Source of the DNA: Pristiophorus japonicus
Lineage: Eukaryota
Assembly (NCBI RefSeq): GCF_044704955.1
Contig: NC_092002.1
Coordinates: 12,152,001 to 12,216,000, forward strand
Direction: 5' to 3'
Length of the DNA stretch: 64,000 bases
Shown here: one piece after another, positions 1-16,358 of the stretch
Layout: every line of letters starts with the position of its first letter
How positions within the stretch are numbered: position 1 is the first letter of the stretch
Notes under the pieces: generated by a model
The model's input: only the letters and a program-made list of their open reading frames with translations
Told to the model about the DNA's origin: nothing
Databases searched by the model: none
Made by a program: the position numbers and the translations under genes

Positions 1-3000
1 ACACTGATAGAAACACACACTGATATAAACACACACTGACACACTGATATAAACACACATTGATACACTGATATAAACACACACTGACACACTGATATAA
101 AATACACTAACACTGATATAAACACACACTGACACTGATATAAACACACACTGGGACTGATATAAACGCACAGTGACACACTGATATCATCACATCACTG
201 ACACACTGATATAAACACACACTGATATAAAGATACACTGATATAAACACACATTGATACGCTGATATAAACACACACTGATATAAACACACACTGATAT
301 AAACACACTGACACACTGATATAAACACACACTGACACTGATATAAACACACACTGATATAAACACACTGACACACTGATATAAACACACACTGACACAG
401 TGGTATAAACACACAATGACACACTGATATAACCACACACTGACACACTGATATAAAATACACTAGCACTGATATAAACACACACTGACACTGATATAAA
501 CACACACTGGGACTGATATAAACGCACAGTGACACACTGATATCATCACATCACTGACACACTGATATAAACACACACTGATATAAAGATACACTGATAT
601 AAACACACATTGATACGCTGATATAAACACACACTGATATAAACACACACTGATATAAACACACTGACACACTGATATAAACACACACTGACACTGATAT
701 AAACACACACTGACACACTGATATAGACACACATTGATACACTGATATAAACACACACTGATATAAACACACACTGATATAAACACGCACTAACACACTG
801 ATATAAATATACACTGACACAGTGGTATAAACACACAATGACACACTGATATAAACACACACTGACACACTGATATATAAATACACTAACACTGATATAA
901 ACACACACTGACACACTTATTTAATGCACACTTACACACTGATATCAACACACACTGATATAAACACACACTGATAGACTGATATAAACACTCACTGATT
1001 TCAACACACACTGACACACTGATATAAACACACTGACACACTGATATAAACACGCACTAACACACTGATATCAACATACACTGACACACTGATATAAACA
1101 CACGCTGAAATAAACACACACTGACACGCGGATGTAAACACACACTGATATAAACAGATACTGACACACTGATAGAAAAATACACTAACACTGATATAAA
1201 CACACACTGACACACTGATATAAATACACACTGATATAAACACACACTGAAATAAACACACACTGACACACTGATATAAACACACACTGATATAAATACA
1301 CACTGATAGAAACACACACTGACACATTGATATAAACACGCACTAACACACTGATATAAACACACACTGATATAAACACACTGACACACTAATATAAACA
1401 CACACTGACACTGATATAAATACACATTGATACACTGATATAAACACACACTGATATAAACACACACTGATATAAACACACCGACACACTGATATAAACA
1501 CGCACTAACACACTGATATAAACATACACTGACACAGTGGTATAAACACACAATGACACACTGATATAACCACACACTGACACACTGATATAAAAATACA
1601 CTAACACTGATATAAACACACACTGACACACTGATATAAATACACACTTACACGCTGATATAAACACACACTGATATAAACACACACTGATAGACTGATA
1701 TAAACACTCACTGATTTCAATACACACTGACACACTGATATAAACACGCACTAACACACTGATATCAACATACACTGACACACTGGTATAAATACACACT
1801 GATATAAACACACACTGAAATAAACACACACTGACACAATGATATAAATACACACTGACACACTGATATAAACACGCACTGATATAAACACACTGTCACA
1901 CTGATATAAACACACACTGGCACACTGATATCAACACAAAATGGCACACTGATATGAACACACACTGACACACTGATATAAACACGCACTGATATAAACA
2001 CACTGTCACACTGATATAAACACACACTGGCACACTGATATAAACACACAATGGCACACTGACATAAACACACACTGACACTGATATAAATGCACACTGA
2101 TATAAAAACACAATGACACACTGATATAACCACACACTGACACACTGATATAAAAATACACTAACACTGATATAAACACACACTGACACTGATATAAACA
2201 CACACTGAAACACTGATATAAACGCACACTGATAGACTGATATAAACACACACTGATATAAACACACATTGACACACTGATATAAACACACACTGATATA
2301 AAGATACACTGATATAAACACACATTGATACACTGATATAAACACACACTGATATAAACACACACTGATATAAACACACTGACACACTGATATAAACACA
2401 CACTGACACTGATATAAACACACACTGACACACTGATATAAACACACATTGATACACTGATATAAACACACACTGATATAAACACACACTGATATAAACA
2501 CACACTGACACTGATATAAACACACACTGGGACTGATATAAACGCACAGTGACACACTGATATCATCACACACTGACACACTGATATAAACACACACTGA
2601 TATAAAGATACACTGATATAAACACACATTGACACACTGATATAAACATACAATGACACACTGATATAAACACACACTGATATAAACACACTGACAGACT
2701 GATAGAAACACACACTGACACACTGATATAAACTAACACTGATATAAACACACACTGATATAAACACAAACTGATATAAACACACACTGATATAAACACA
2801 CACTGGCACACTGATATAAACACACACTGATATAAATACACACTGATAGAAACACACACTGACACATTGATATAAACACGCACTAACACACTGATATAAA
2901 CATTCACTGACACAGTGGTATAAACACACAATGACACACTGATATAAACACACACTGACACACTGATATAAAAATACATTAACACTGATATAAACACACA

Positions 3001-6000
3001 CTGACACACTTATTTAATGCACACTTACACACTGATATAAACACACACTGATATAAACACACACTGATAGACTGATATAAACACACTGACACACTGATAT
3101 AAACATGCACTAACACACTGATATCAACATACACTGACACACTGATATAAACACACGCTGAAATAAACACACACTGACACGCGGATGGAAACACACACTG
3201 ATATAAACAGATACTGACACACTGATATAAAAATACACTAACACTGATACAAACACACACTGACACACTGATATAAATACATACTGATATAAACACACAC
3301 TGAAATAAACACACACTGACACAATGATATAAACACACACTGATATAAATACACACTGATAGAAACACACACTGATATAAACACACACTGACACACTGAT
3401 ATAAACACACATTGATACACTGATATAAACACACACTGATATAAACACACACTGATATAAACACACTGACACTCTAATATAAACACACACTGACACTGAT
3501 ATAAACACACACTAATATAAACACACACTGACACACTGATATAAACACACACTGACACACTGATATAAACACACACTGCCTCACTGATATAAACACACAC
3601 TGATATAAACACACACTGATATAAACACACACTGACACACTGATATAAACACACACTGATACACGGATATAAACACACAATGATATAAACACACACTGAC
3701 ACTGATATATAAACACACACTGATATAAACATACACTGACACATTGATATAAACACACATTGACACACTGATATAAACACACACTGATATAAACACATAC
3801 TGATATAAACATACACTGACACACTGATATAAACACACACTGGCACACGGATATAAACACAGACTGATATAAACACACACTGACACGTAGATATAAACAC
3901 ACACTGACACACTGATATAAACACACACTGAAATAAACACACACTGTCACACAGATATAAACACACACTGACACTGATATAAACACACGCTGATATAAAC
4001 ACTACTGACACACAGATATAAATACACACTGACACACTGATATAAACACACACTGACACACTGATATAAACACATACTGCCACTGATATAAACATACACT
4101 GACACACTGGTATAAACACACACTGACACACTGATATAAACACACACTGAAATAAACACACACTGTCACACAGATATAAACACACACTGACACTGATATA
4201 AACACACGCTGACACTGATATAAACATACACTGACACACTGGTATAAACACACACTGACACACTGATATAAATACACACTGATATAAACACACACTGAAA
4301 TAAACACACACTGACACAATGATATAAACACACACTGCCACTGATATAAACACACACTGACACACTGATATAAATACACACTGATATAAACACACACTGA
4401 AATAAACACACACTGACACAATGAAATAAACACACACTGACACACTGATATAAACACGCACTGATATAAACACACTGTCACACTGATATAAACACACACT
4501 GGCACACTGATATAAACACACAATGGCACACTGACATAAACACACACTGACACTGATATAAATGCACACTGATATAAACACACACTGCAACACTGATATA
4601 AACACACACTGCCTCACTGATATAAACACACTTTGACATACTGATATAAACACACTGACACAATGATAGAAACACACACTGACACACTGATATAAACACA
4701 CACTGATATAAACACACACTGACACACTGATATATACACACACTGATACACTGATATAAACACACACTGATATAAACGCACACTGACATACTGATATAAA
4801 CACACACTGATACACGGATATAAACACACAATGATATAAACACACACTGACACTGATATATAAACACACACTGATATAAACATACACTGACACATTGATA
4901 TAAACACACATTGACACACTGATATAAACACACACTGATATAAACACACACTGATATAAACATACACTGACACACTGATATAAACAAACACTGACACACT
5001 GATATAAACACACACTGACACACTGATATAAACACATACTGACACTGATATAAACATACACTGACACACTGGTATAAACACACACTGACACACTGAAATA
5101 AACACACAATGATATAAACACACACTGCCACTGATATAAACACACACTGACACACTGATATAAACACACATTGACACACTGATATAAATACACACTGATA
5201 TAAACACACCCTGATATAAACACACACTGACACACTGAAATAAACACACAATGATATAAACACACACTGCCACTGATATAAACACACACTGACACACTGA
5301 TATAGACACACATTGACACACTGATATAAACACACACTGACACACTGATATAAACACACACTGTTATAAACACTGATATAAACACACACTAACACACTGA
5401 TATAGACATACATTGATACACTGATATAAACACACACCGACACACTGATATAAACACACACTGATGTAAACATACACTGATATAAACTCACACTGACACA
5501 CTGATATAAACACACATTGACACACTGATATAAACACATTGACACACTGATATAAAGACCCTGACACACTGATATATACACACACTGACACTGATATAAA
5601 CACACACTGACACACTGATATAAACACACTGATATAAACACACACTGACATAAACATAAACTGACAAACTGATATAAACACACAATGATATAAACACACA
5701 CTGGCACTATATAAACACACACTGACACACTGTTATAAACACACACTGACACACTGTTATAAACACACACTAACACACTGATATAAATACACACTGACAC
5801 TGATATAAACACACACTGACACACTGTTAAAAACACGCACTGAAACACTGATATTAACACATACTTACACATTGATATAAACACACACTGACACACTGAT
5901 ATAAACACATACTGGCACACTGATATAAACACACACTGACACACTGATATAAACACACACTGATATAAACTCGCACTGACACACTGATATAAGCAAACAC

Positions 6001-9000
6001 TGATAGAAACACACACTGACACACTGATATAAACACATTGACACACTGATATAAACACCCTGTCACACTGATATATACACACATTGACACACTAATTTAA
6101 ACACACACTGACACTCTGATATTAACACACACTGACACTGATATAAACACACACTGACACATTGATCTAAACACACACTGACACACTGATATAAACACAC
6201 ACTGCCTCACTGATATAGACACACTTTGACATACTGATATAAACACACTGACACAATGATAGAAACACACACTGCCTCACTGATATAAACACACACTGAT
6301 ATAAACACACACTGATACACTGATATAAACACACACTGATATAAACACACACTGACACACTGATATAAAAACACACTGATACACGGATATAAACACACAA
6401 TGATATAAACACACACTGACACTGATATATAAACACACACTGATATAAACATACACTGATATAAACATACACTGACACACTGATATAAACACACACTGGC
6501 ACACGGATATAAACACAGACTGATATAAACACACACTGACACGCAGATATAAACACACACTGACACAGTGATATAAACACACACTGAAATAAACACACAC
6601 TGTCACACAGATATAAACACACACTGACACTGATATAAACACACACTGAAATAAAACTACTGACACACAGATATAAATACACACTGACACACTGATATAA
6701 ACACACACTGACACACTGATATAAACACATACTGACACTGCTATAAACATACACTGACACACTGGTATAAACACACACTGACACACTGATATAAACACAC
6801 ACTGAAATAAACACACACTGTCACACAGATATAAACACACACTGACACTGATATAAACACACACTGACACTGATATAAACATACACTGACACACTGGTAT
6901 AAACACACACTGACACACTGATATAAATACACACTGATATAAACACACACTGAAATAAACACACACTGACACAATGATATAAACACACACTGCCACTGAT
7001 ATAAACACACACTGACACACTGATATAAATACACACTGATATAAACACACAGTGAAATAAACACACACTGACACAATGAAATAAACACACACTGACACAC
7101 TGATATAAACACGCACTGATATAAACACACTGTCACACTGATATAAACACACACTGGCACACTGATATAAACACACAATGGCACACTGACATAAACACAC
7201 ACTGACACTGATATAAATGCACACTATTATAAACACACACTGTAACACTGATATAAACACACATTGACACACTGATATAAACACACACTAATATAAACAA
7301 ACACTGACACACTGATATAAACACACGCTGACACACTGATATAAACACACAGTGATCTAAACACACACTGATACACTGATATAAACACACACTAATATCA
7401 ACACACACTGATAAAAACACATTGACACAGTGATATAAACACCCTGATACACTGATATATACACACACTGACACACTGATATAAACACACACTGACACAC
7501 TGATATAAACACACACTGATATAAACACAAACTGATATGAACACACACTGACAAACTGATATAAACGCACACTGATATAAACACACACTGCCTCACTGAT
7601 ATAGACACACTTTGACATACTGATATAAACACACTGACACAATGATAGAAACACACACTGACACACTGATATAAACACACACTGATATAAACACACACTG
7701 ACACGCTGATATATACACACACTGATACACTGATATAAACACACACTGATATAAACACACACTGACACACTGATATAAACACACACTGATACACGGATAT
7801 AAACACACAATGATATAAACACACACTGACACTGATATATAAACACACACTGATATAAACATACACTGACACATTGATATAAACACACATTGACACAGTG
7901 ATATAAACACACACTGATATAAACACACACTGATATAAACACACACTGACACTGATATATAAACACACACTGATATAAACATACACTGACACATTGATAT
8001 AAACACACATTGACACAGTGATATAAACACACACTGATATAAACACACACTGATATAAACATACACTGACACACTGATATAAACACACACTGACACACTG
8101 ATATAAACACACACTGAAATAAACACACACTGTAACACAGATTTAAATACACACTGACAGTGATATAAACACACACTGATATAAACACTACTGACACACA
8201 GATATAAATACACACTGACACACTGATATAAACACACACTGACACACTGATATAAACACATACTGACACTGATATAAACATACACTGACACACTGGTATA
8301 AACACACACTGACACACTGAAATAAACACACAATGATATAAACACACACTGCCACTGATATAAACACACACTGACACACTGCTATAAACACACATTGACA
8401 CACTGATATAAATACACACTGATATAAACACACCTGATATAAACACACACTGACACACTGAAATAAACACACAATGATATAAACACACACTGCCACTGAT
8501 ATAAACACACACTGACACACTGATATAGACACACATTGACACACCGATATAAACACACACTGACACACTGATATAAGCACACACTGTTATAAACACACAC
8601 TGACACACTTGATATAAACACACACTGATGTAAACATACACTGATATAAACTCACACTGACACACTGATATAAACACACAATGGCACACTGACATAAACA
8701 CACACTGACACTGATATAAATGCACACTGATATAAACACACACTGACACACTGATATAAACACACACTGATATAAATACACACTGATAGAAACACACACT
8801 GATAGAAACACACACTGACACACTGATATAAACACACATTGATACACTGATATAAACACACACTGATATAAACACACACTGATATAAACACACTGACACA
8901 CTAATATAAACACACACTGACACTGATATAAACACACACTAATATAAACACACACTGACACACTGATATAAACACACACTGACACACTGATATAAACACA

Positions 9001-12000
9001 CACTGCCTCACTGATATAAACACACACTGATATAAACACACACTGACATTGATATAAACACACATCTGACACACTGATAAAAGCAAACACTGATGGAAAC
9101 ACACACTGACAAACTGATATAAATACACAATGATATAAACACACACTGCCACTGATATAAACACACACTGATATAAATACACATTGGCACACTGATATAA
9201 ACACACACTGGCACTATATAAACACACACTGACACACTGTTATAAACACACACTGACACACTGATATAAACACACACTGATATAAACACACACTGACACA
9301 CTGATATAAACACACACTGACACACTAATATAAACACACACTGACACTGATATAAACACACACTGACACACTGGTAAAAACACGCACTGACACACTGATA
9401 TAAACACATACTTACACACTGATATAAACACACACTGACACACTGATATAAATACACACTGATATAAACTCACACCGATATAAACAGATACTGACACACA
9501 GATATGAACACACTGACACACTGATATAAACACATACTTACACACTGATATAAACACACACTAACACACTGATATAAACACACACTGATAGAAACACACA
9601 CTGACACTGATATAAACACACACTGACACACTGGTAAAAACACGCACTGACACACTGATATAAACACATACTTACACACTGATATAAACACACACTGACA
9701 CACTGATATAAATACACACTGATATAAACTCACACCGATATAAACACACACTGACACACCGATATAAACACACACTGACACACTGATATAAACACACATT
9801 GACACACTGATATAAACTCACACTGATATAAACAGATACTGACACACTGATATGAACACGCTGACACACTGATATAAACACACACTAAAACACTGATATA
9901 AACATACTCTAATATAAACACACACTGACATTGATATAAACATACACTGACACACTGATAAAAGCAAACACTGATGGAAACACACCCTGACACACTGATA
10001 TAAACACCCTGACACACTGATATAAACACACACTGACACTGATATAAACACACACTGGCACACTGATATAAACATACTTACACACTGATATAAACACACA
10101 TTGACACACTGATATAAACACACACTGACACACTGATATAAACACACACTGACACACTGATCGAAACACACACTGACACACTGATATAAGCAAACACTAA
10201 TATAAACACACACTGACACTGATATAAACACATTGACACACTGATATAAACACCCTGACACACTGATATATACACACACTGACACTGATATAAACGCACA
10301 CTGACACACTGATATAAACACACACTGCTATAAACACACACTGACACACTGATATAAACACACTGACACACTGATATAAACACACACTGACACTCTGATA
10401 TAAACATACACTGATACACTGATATAAACACACACTGATATAAACACACACTGACACATTGATATAAACACACACTGATATAAACACACACTGACACACT
10501 GATATAAACACACTGACACACTGATATAAACACACACTGACACTCTGATATAAACACACACTGACACACTGATATAAACACACACTGACACACTGATATA
10601 AACACACAATGATATAAATACACACTGACACTGATATAAACAAACACTGATATGAACACACACTGACACACTGATATAAACACACATTGACACACTGATA
10701 TAAACACACACTGATATAAACACACACTGACACACTGATATAAACTCACACTGATATAAACAGATACTGACACACTGATATGAACACGCTGACACACTGA
10801 TATAAACACACACTAAAACACTGATATAAACAAACTCTAATATAAACACACACTGACATTGATATAACCACACACTGACACACTGATAAAAGCAAACACT
10901 GATGGAAACACACACTGACACACTGATATAAACACCCTGACACACTGATATAAACACACACTGACACTGATATAAACACACACTGGCACACTGATATAAA
11001 CATACTTACACACTGATATAAACACACATTGACACACTGATATAAACACACACTGACACTCTGATATAAACACACACTGACACACTGATCGAAACACACA
11101 CTGACACACTGATTTAAGCAAACACTAATATAAACACACACTGACACTGATATAAACACATTGACACACTGATATAAACACCCTGACACACTGATATATA
11201 CACACTGACACACTGATATAAACACACACTGATATAAACACACACTGACACACTGATATGAACACACTGACATACTGATATAAACAAACACTGACACACT
11301 GATATAAACACACACTGATATAAACACACACTGGCACACTGATATAAACACACACTGACACTGATATGAACACACACTGACACACTGATATAAACACTCA
11401 CTGATATAAACACACACCGACACACTGATATAAACACACACTGACACGCTGATATAAACACACACTGCTATAAACACACACTGTTATTAACACACACTGA
11501 CTCACTGATATAGACACACATTGACACAGTGATATAAACACAGTGGCACACTGGTATAAACACACACTGACACACTGATATAAACACACACTGACACACT
11601 GATATAAACACACACTGATATAAACACACACTGATATAAACACATTGACACACTGATATAAACACCCTGACACACTGATATATACACACACTGACACTGA
11701 TATAAACGCACACTGACACACTGATATAAACACACACTGATATAAACACACACTGACACACTGATATAAACACACTGACACACTGATATAAACACACACT
11801 GACACTCTGATATAAACACACACTGACACACTGATATAAACACACAATGATATAAATACACACTGACACTGATATAAACACACACTGATATGAACACACA
11901 CTGACACACTGATATAAACACACACTGATATAAACACACACTGACACTGATATAAACATACACTGACACACTGATATAAACACACACTGATATAAACACA

Positions 12001-13374
12001 CACCGACACACTGATATAAACACACACTGACACACTGATATAAACACACACTGACACACTGATATAAACACATTGACACACTGATATAAACACCCTGACA
12101 CACTGATATATACACACACTGACACTGATATAAACACACTCTGACACATTGATATAAACACACACTGATATAAACACACACTGACACACTGATATAAACA
12201 CACACTGACACTCTGATATAAACACACACTGACACACTGATATAAATACACACTGACACTGATATAAACACACACTGATATGAACACACACTGACACACT
12301 GATATAAACACACATTGACACACTGATATAAACACACACTGATATAAACACACACTGACACACTGATATAAACACACACTGATATAAACACACACTGACA
12401 CACTGATATGAACACACTGACACACTGATATAAACACACACTGGCACACTGATATAAACACACACTGATATAAACACACACTGACACACTGATATAAACA
12501 CACACTGATATGAACACACACGGACACACTGATATAAACACACACTGATATAAACACACACCGACACACTGATATAAACACACACTGACACCTGATATAA
12601 ACACATACTGCTATAAACACACACTGTTATTAACACACACTGACTCACTGATATAGACACACATTGACACACTGATATAAACACAGTGACACACTGATAT
12701 AAACACACACTGACACACTGATATAAACACACACTGACACTGATATAAACACACACTGACACTGATATAAACACACACTGATATAAACACATTGACACAC
12801 TGATATAAACACACACTGACACACTGATATAAACACCCTGACACACTGATATAAACACACACTGAAATAAACACACACTGACACACTGATATAAACACAC
12901 ATTGACACACTGATATAAACACACACTGACACACTGATATAAACACACACTGACACACTGATATAAACATACACTGATATAAACACACACTGGCACACTG
13001 ATATAAACACATTGACACACTGATATAAACACACACTGACACACTGATATAAACACCCTGACACACTGATATAAACGCACACTGATATAAACACATTGAC
13101 ACACTGATATAAACACACACTGACACACTGATATAAACACCCTGACACACTGATATAAACACACACTGAAATAAACACACACTGACACACTGATATAAAC
13201 ACACATTGACACACTGATATAAACACACACTGATATCAACACACACTGACACACTGATGCAAACATACACTGATATAAACACACACTGATATAAATACAC
13301 ACTGATATAAACACACACTGATATAAAACACTGATATAAACACACACTGACACTGATATAAACACACATTGACA
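1..13374. repeat. Modular satellite of CTGATATAAACACACA (16-mer) interspersed with CTGACACA/CTGACA modules; lies in the FOXA3 intron and continues past the left edge
   Basis: Continuous array seen directly; the + strand is A/C-rich. It generates all the CVYISV/CLYQC ORFs in the track. Confidence 0.98.
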
Positions 13375-13846
13375 TTTCTAAACTTCCTTGTGAGCGAGCT
13401 TCATTTAACATCCAAGTAATGTTCAATTTCAGGCTGTGCCGAGTGACCCCTTGAAAGTGACCCGGTCGATTTCAGGGCTGCAATCAGTGAGACGTTATGA
13501 ATGAAATGAATTTGAATCTGACGCCCTGACGGAATTTGTTCAATCTCTTTGCGGCACTGACGATCCGGACTGATATTCCATCCTCACTGTGTTGCCCCAG
13601 CTTCCAGACAAGCTGTAACTTGTCAGGCTTGAAGTTGTCATCCACTCAAGCAATAGGCTCCTTTTGGAGGTTGAGAAACAGAATGCAATCTCCTTATTCC
13701 CAAATTGAGAGATTGGTAAAGCACTCTCTGTTGCTTCGGTGATCTGACAAAGACTTTGCACGGAATAGAACATTTGGTAAAATGATTGCATGCCCTGTCG
13801 GTATCCCAGCACCGACTCCAACAGGTGGCCCATGTGATATACTGAC

Positions 13847-13918
13847 CTCGCCAGGGTCCGAATATAAACTGCTCCACTCCGGCATTTCATGTGATTCCAT
13901 TTTCACTGAACCCAACAT
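13847..13918 (-). CDS. FOXA3: Forkhead box A3 (HNF3-gamma), first coding exon, MLGSVKMESHEMPEWSSLYSDPGE
   Basis: ATG at 13918-13916, 24 codons, then donor GAG|GTCAGT at 13846. Matches the FoxA N-terminal exon as recalled (human FOXA3 MLGSVKMEAHDLAEWSYYPEAGE; fish foxa3 SVKMESHE.PEW). Linkage to DMWD favours A3. The forkhead-domain exon is outside the window. Confidence 0.88.
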
Positions 13919-14441
13919 TTCTTTTCCTTCGAAAAACACCAGTCAGATGAAACAAGGCAGGGGGGAGTTTGGAGTGGGGGGAGGGGGGGGAGGTTGGGGG
14001 TGGGGGGGAGGGGGGGCTCCAAATTGTATTCCAATCCCTAACCCCCCGGAGTTGTGACCGAGACTTCACCAAGCAGAGGAACTCCGAGTTTCAGAGGGAA
14101 GAGGACTTGGAGGACCTAGATAGGCCAGGGAGAGAGGGGATGGGGGTGGGGGGTGGGGGAGGGAGGGGGTGGGGGGGTGTTGGTTCCTTGACACTCCGAT
14201 TCGAAAGGATCCCAGAGTTGCAGCAGCACAGCCCTGGCACACTGGTGGCCGTAGAGTCCAAAGCTTCAGGCTTGCTCAGATGTTGGTGGGAGAGGTCCCT
14301 TGAGTTGGTGAGCCCCTTTCACACTCCACCTGGGCTTTACAGCAGTTGCAGCTCTTGTGCTCTCTCTCTCTCTCGCTCTCGCTCTCGTTTTTTGAGGTCC
14401 TCAGGCAGCCTCTGGGATACAAGTGTGTGACTGTTGGGGAA

Positions 14442-14454
14442 GTTACTGATTAAC
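14442..14454. promoter_or_regulatory. HNF1-type palindromic site about 0.5 kb upstream of the FOXA3 ATG
   Basis: GTTACTGATTAAC is one mismatch from GTTAATNATTAAC. A GC-rich patch lies at about 14530-14565. Confidence 0.55.
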
Positions 14455-14788
14455 TGAGCGCTTGAGGTGTGGTGCCTCTGGACCAAGGTTGCTGCAGTTG
14501 GGAGGCTTTGGGGAGGAGATAGACAACCAGGCGACAACACCGCCCTCTGGCGGCCGCGGCGGCGAATTGCTCAAGCCTGCCGTCCCGAGTCTGGTCAGAC
14601 AATGTCCTCTGCCCCAGGGTGGGGACATCCTGCACCTTCAGGACGCAGTCCTGTCGAGTGCATTCCAAAATGAATTTCAACCCATCCCTGCTTGCATTCC
14701 CCCCCACCCCATCATCATTGGCAGTCCCTCGGAATCGAGGAAGACTTGCTTCCACTCTAAACATGAGTCCTTGGGTGGCTGAACAGTC

Positions 14789-15095
14789 ACAGGGGTCACA
14801 GTCTAAGGATAAGGGGTAAGCTACTTAGGACTGAGATGAGGAGAAATTTCTTCACTCAGAGAGTTGTTAACCTGTGGAATTCCCTGCCGCAGAGAGTTGT
14901 TGAGGCCAGTTCATTAGATATATTCAAGAGGGAGTTAGATGTGGCCCTTACGCCGAAAGGGATCAAGGGGTATGGAGAGAAAGCAGGAAAGGGGTACTGA
15001 GGTGAATGATTAGCCATGATCATATTGAATGGTGGTGCAGGCTCAAAGGGCCGAATGGCCTACTCCTGCACCTATTTTCTATGTTTCTATGTTTC
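14789..15095 (+). mobile_element. CR1 LINE 3' fragment nested in the RTE
   Basis: Contains GHSLRI..FFTQRVVNLWNSLP and a (TTCTATGT)n tail. It splits the RTE sequence CAGTC|CAATA, which is contiguous in the copy near 40976. Confidence 0.9.
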
Positions 15096-15674
15096 CAATA
15101 TGGGAACCACAGTCCCTGTCACAGGTGGGACAGACTGTCGTTGAGGGAAGGGGAGGGTGGGACTGGTTTGCCGCACGCTTCTTCCGCTGCCTGCGCTTGA
15201 TTTCTGCATGCTCTCGGCGACAAGGCTCGAGGTGCTCAGCGCCCTCCCGGATGCACTTCCTCCACTCAGGGCAGTCTTTGGCCAGGGACTCCCAGGTGCC
15301 GCTGGGGATGTTGCACTTTATCAGGGAGGCTTTGAGGGTGTCCCTGTAACGTTTCCTCTGCCCACCTTTGGCTTGTTTGCCGTGAAGGAGTTCCGAGTAG
15401 AGCGCTTGCTTTGTGAGACTTGTGTCTCGTGCCTTAAATAGCAACCCAACTCGGGAGCAGCAAAGCAGCATTACAGACGGCTCATGGCTGAGGTCCATCA
15501 AAAAGCCCGGGACCTAAAGAGCAGGTGGTGGATGTAGAAAGCACAGGAGATACAGCAGCTGGCCGACAGCCATGATGTGCGAGGATTCTTCATCGCAGTC
15601 AAGGCCACATACGGTCCAAACTCCCAAGGCCCCACCCCACTGCTGGCCAAGAACGGGGAAACACTCATCAAGGA

Positions 15675-16358
15675 TGCAGGTACAGCAGGCGGTTAAGAAA
15701 GCAAATGGCATGTTGGCCTTCATAGCGAGGGGATTTGAGTACAGGGGCAGGGAGGTGTTGCTACAGTTGTACAGGGCCTTGGTGAGGCCACACCTGGAGT
15801 ATTGTGTACAGTTTTGGTCTCCTAACTTGAGGAAGGACATTCTTGCTATTGAGGGAGTGCAGCGAAGGTTCACCAGACTGATTCCCGGGATGGCGGGACT
15901 GACCTATCAAGAAAGATTGGATCAACTGGGCTTGTATTCACTGGAGTTCAGAAGAATGAGAGGGGACCTCATAGAAACGTTTAAAATTCTGACGGGTTTA
16001 GACAGGTTAGATGCAGAAAGAATGTTCCCAATGTTGGGGAAGTCCAGAACCAGGGGTCACAGTCTGAGGATAAGGGGTAAGCCATTTAGGACCGAGATGA
16101 GGAGAAACTTCTTCACCCAGAGAGTGGTGAACCTGTGGAATTCTCTACCGCAGAAAGTAGTTGAGGCCAATTCACTAAATATATTCAAAAGGGAGTTAGA
16201 TGAAGTCCTTACTACTCGGGGGATCAAGGGTTATGGCGAGAAAGCAGGAAGGGGGTACTGAAGTTTCATGTTCAGCCATGAACTCATTGAATGGCGGTGC
16301 AGGCTAGAAGGGCTGAATGGCCTGCTCCTGCACCTATTTTCTATGTTTCTATGTTTCT
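15675..16358 (+). mobile_element. CR1 LINE 5'-truncated copy (ORF2 C-terminus open) nested in the RTE
   Basis: ORF 15572-16261 has LVRPHLEYCVQFWSP..TRGHSLRI, followed by the octamer tail. AGGA is duplicated at 15671-15674 and 16359-16362, and the RTE frame resumes (TLIKD|TEAVRA). Confidence 0.92.

Noticed and set aside
107-13426. Very long Cys/Val-rich minus-strand ORFs (up to 715 aa)
   Set aside because: They are translations of a satellite with few stops on that strand; all three frames give the same periodic peptide.
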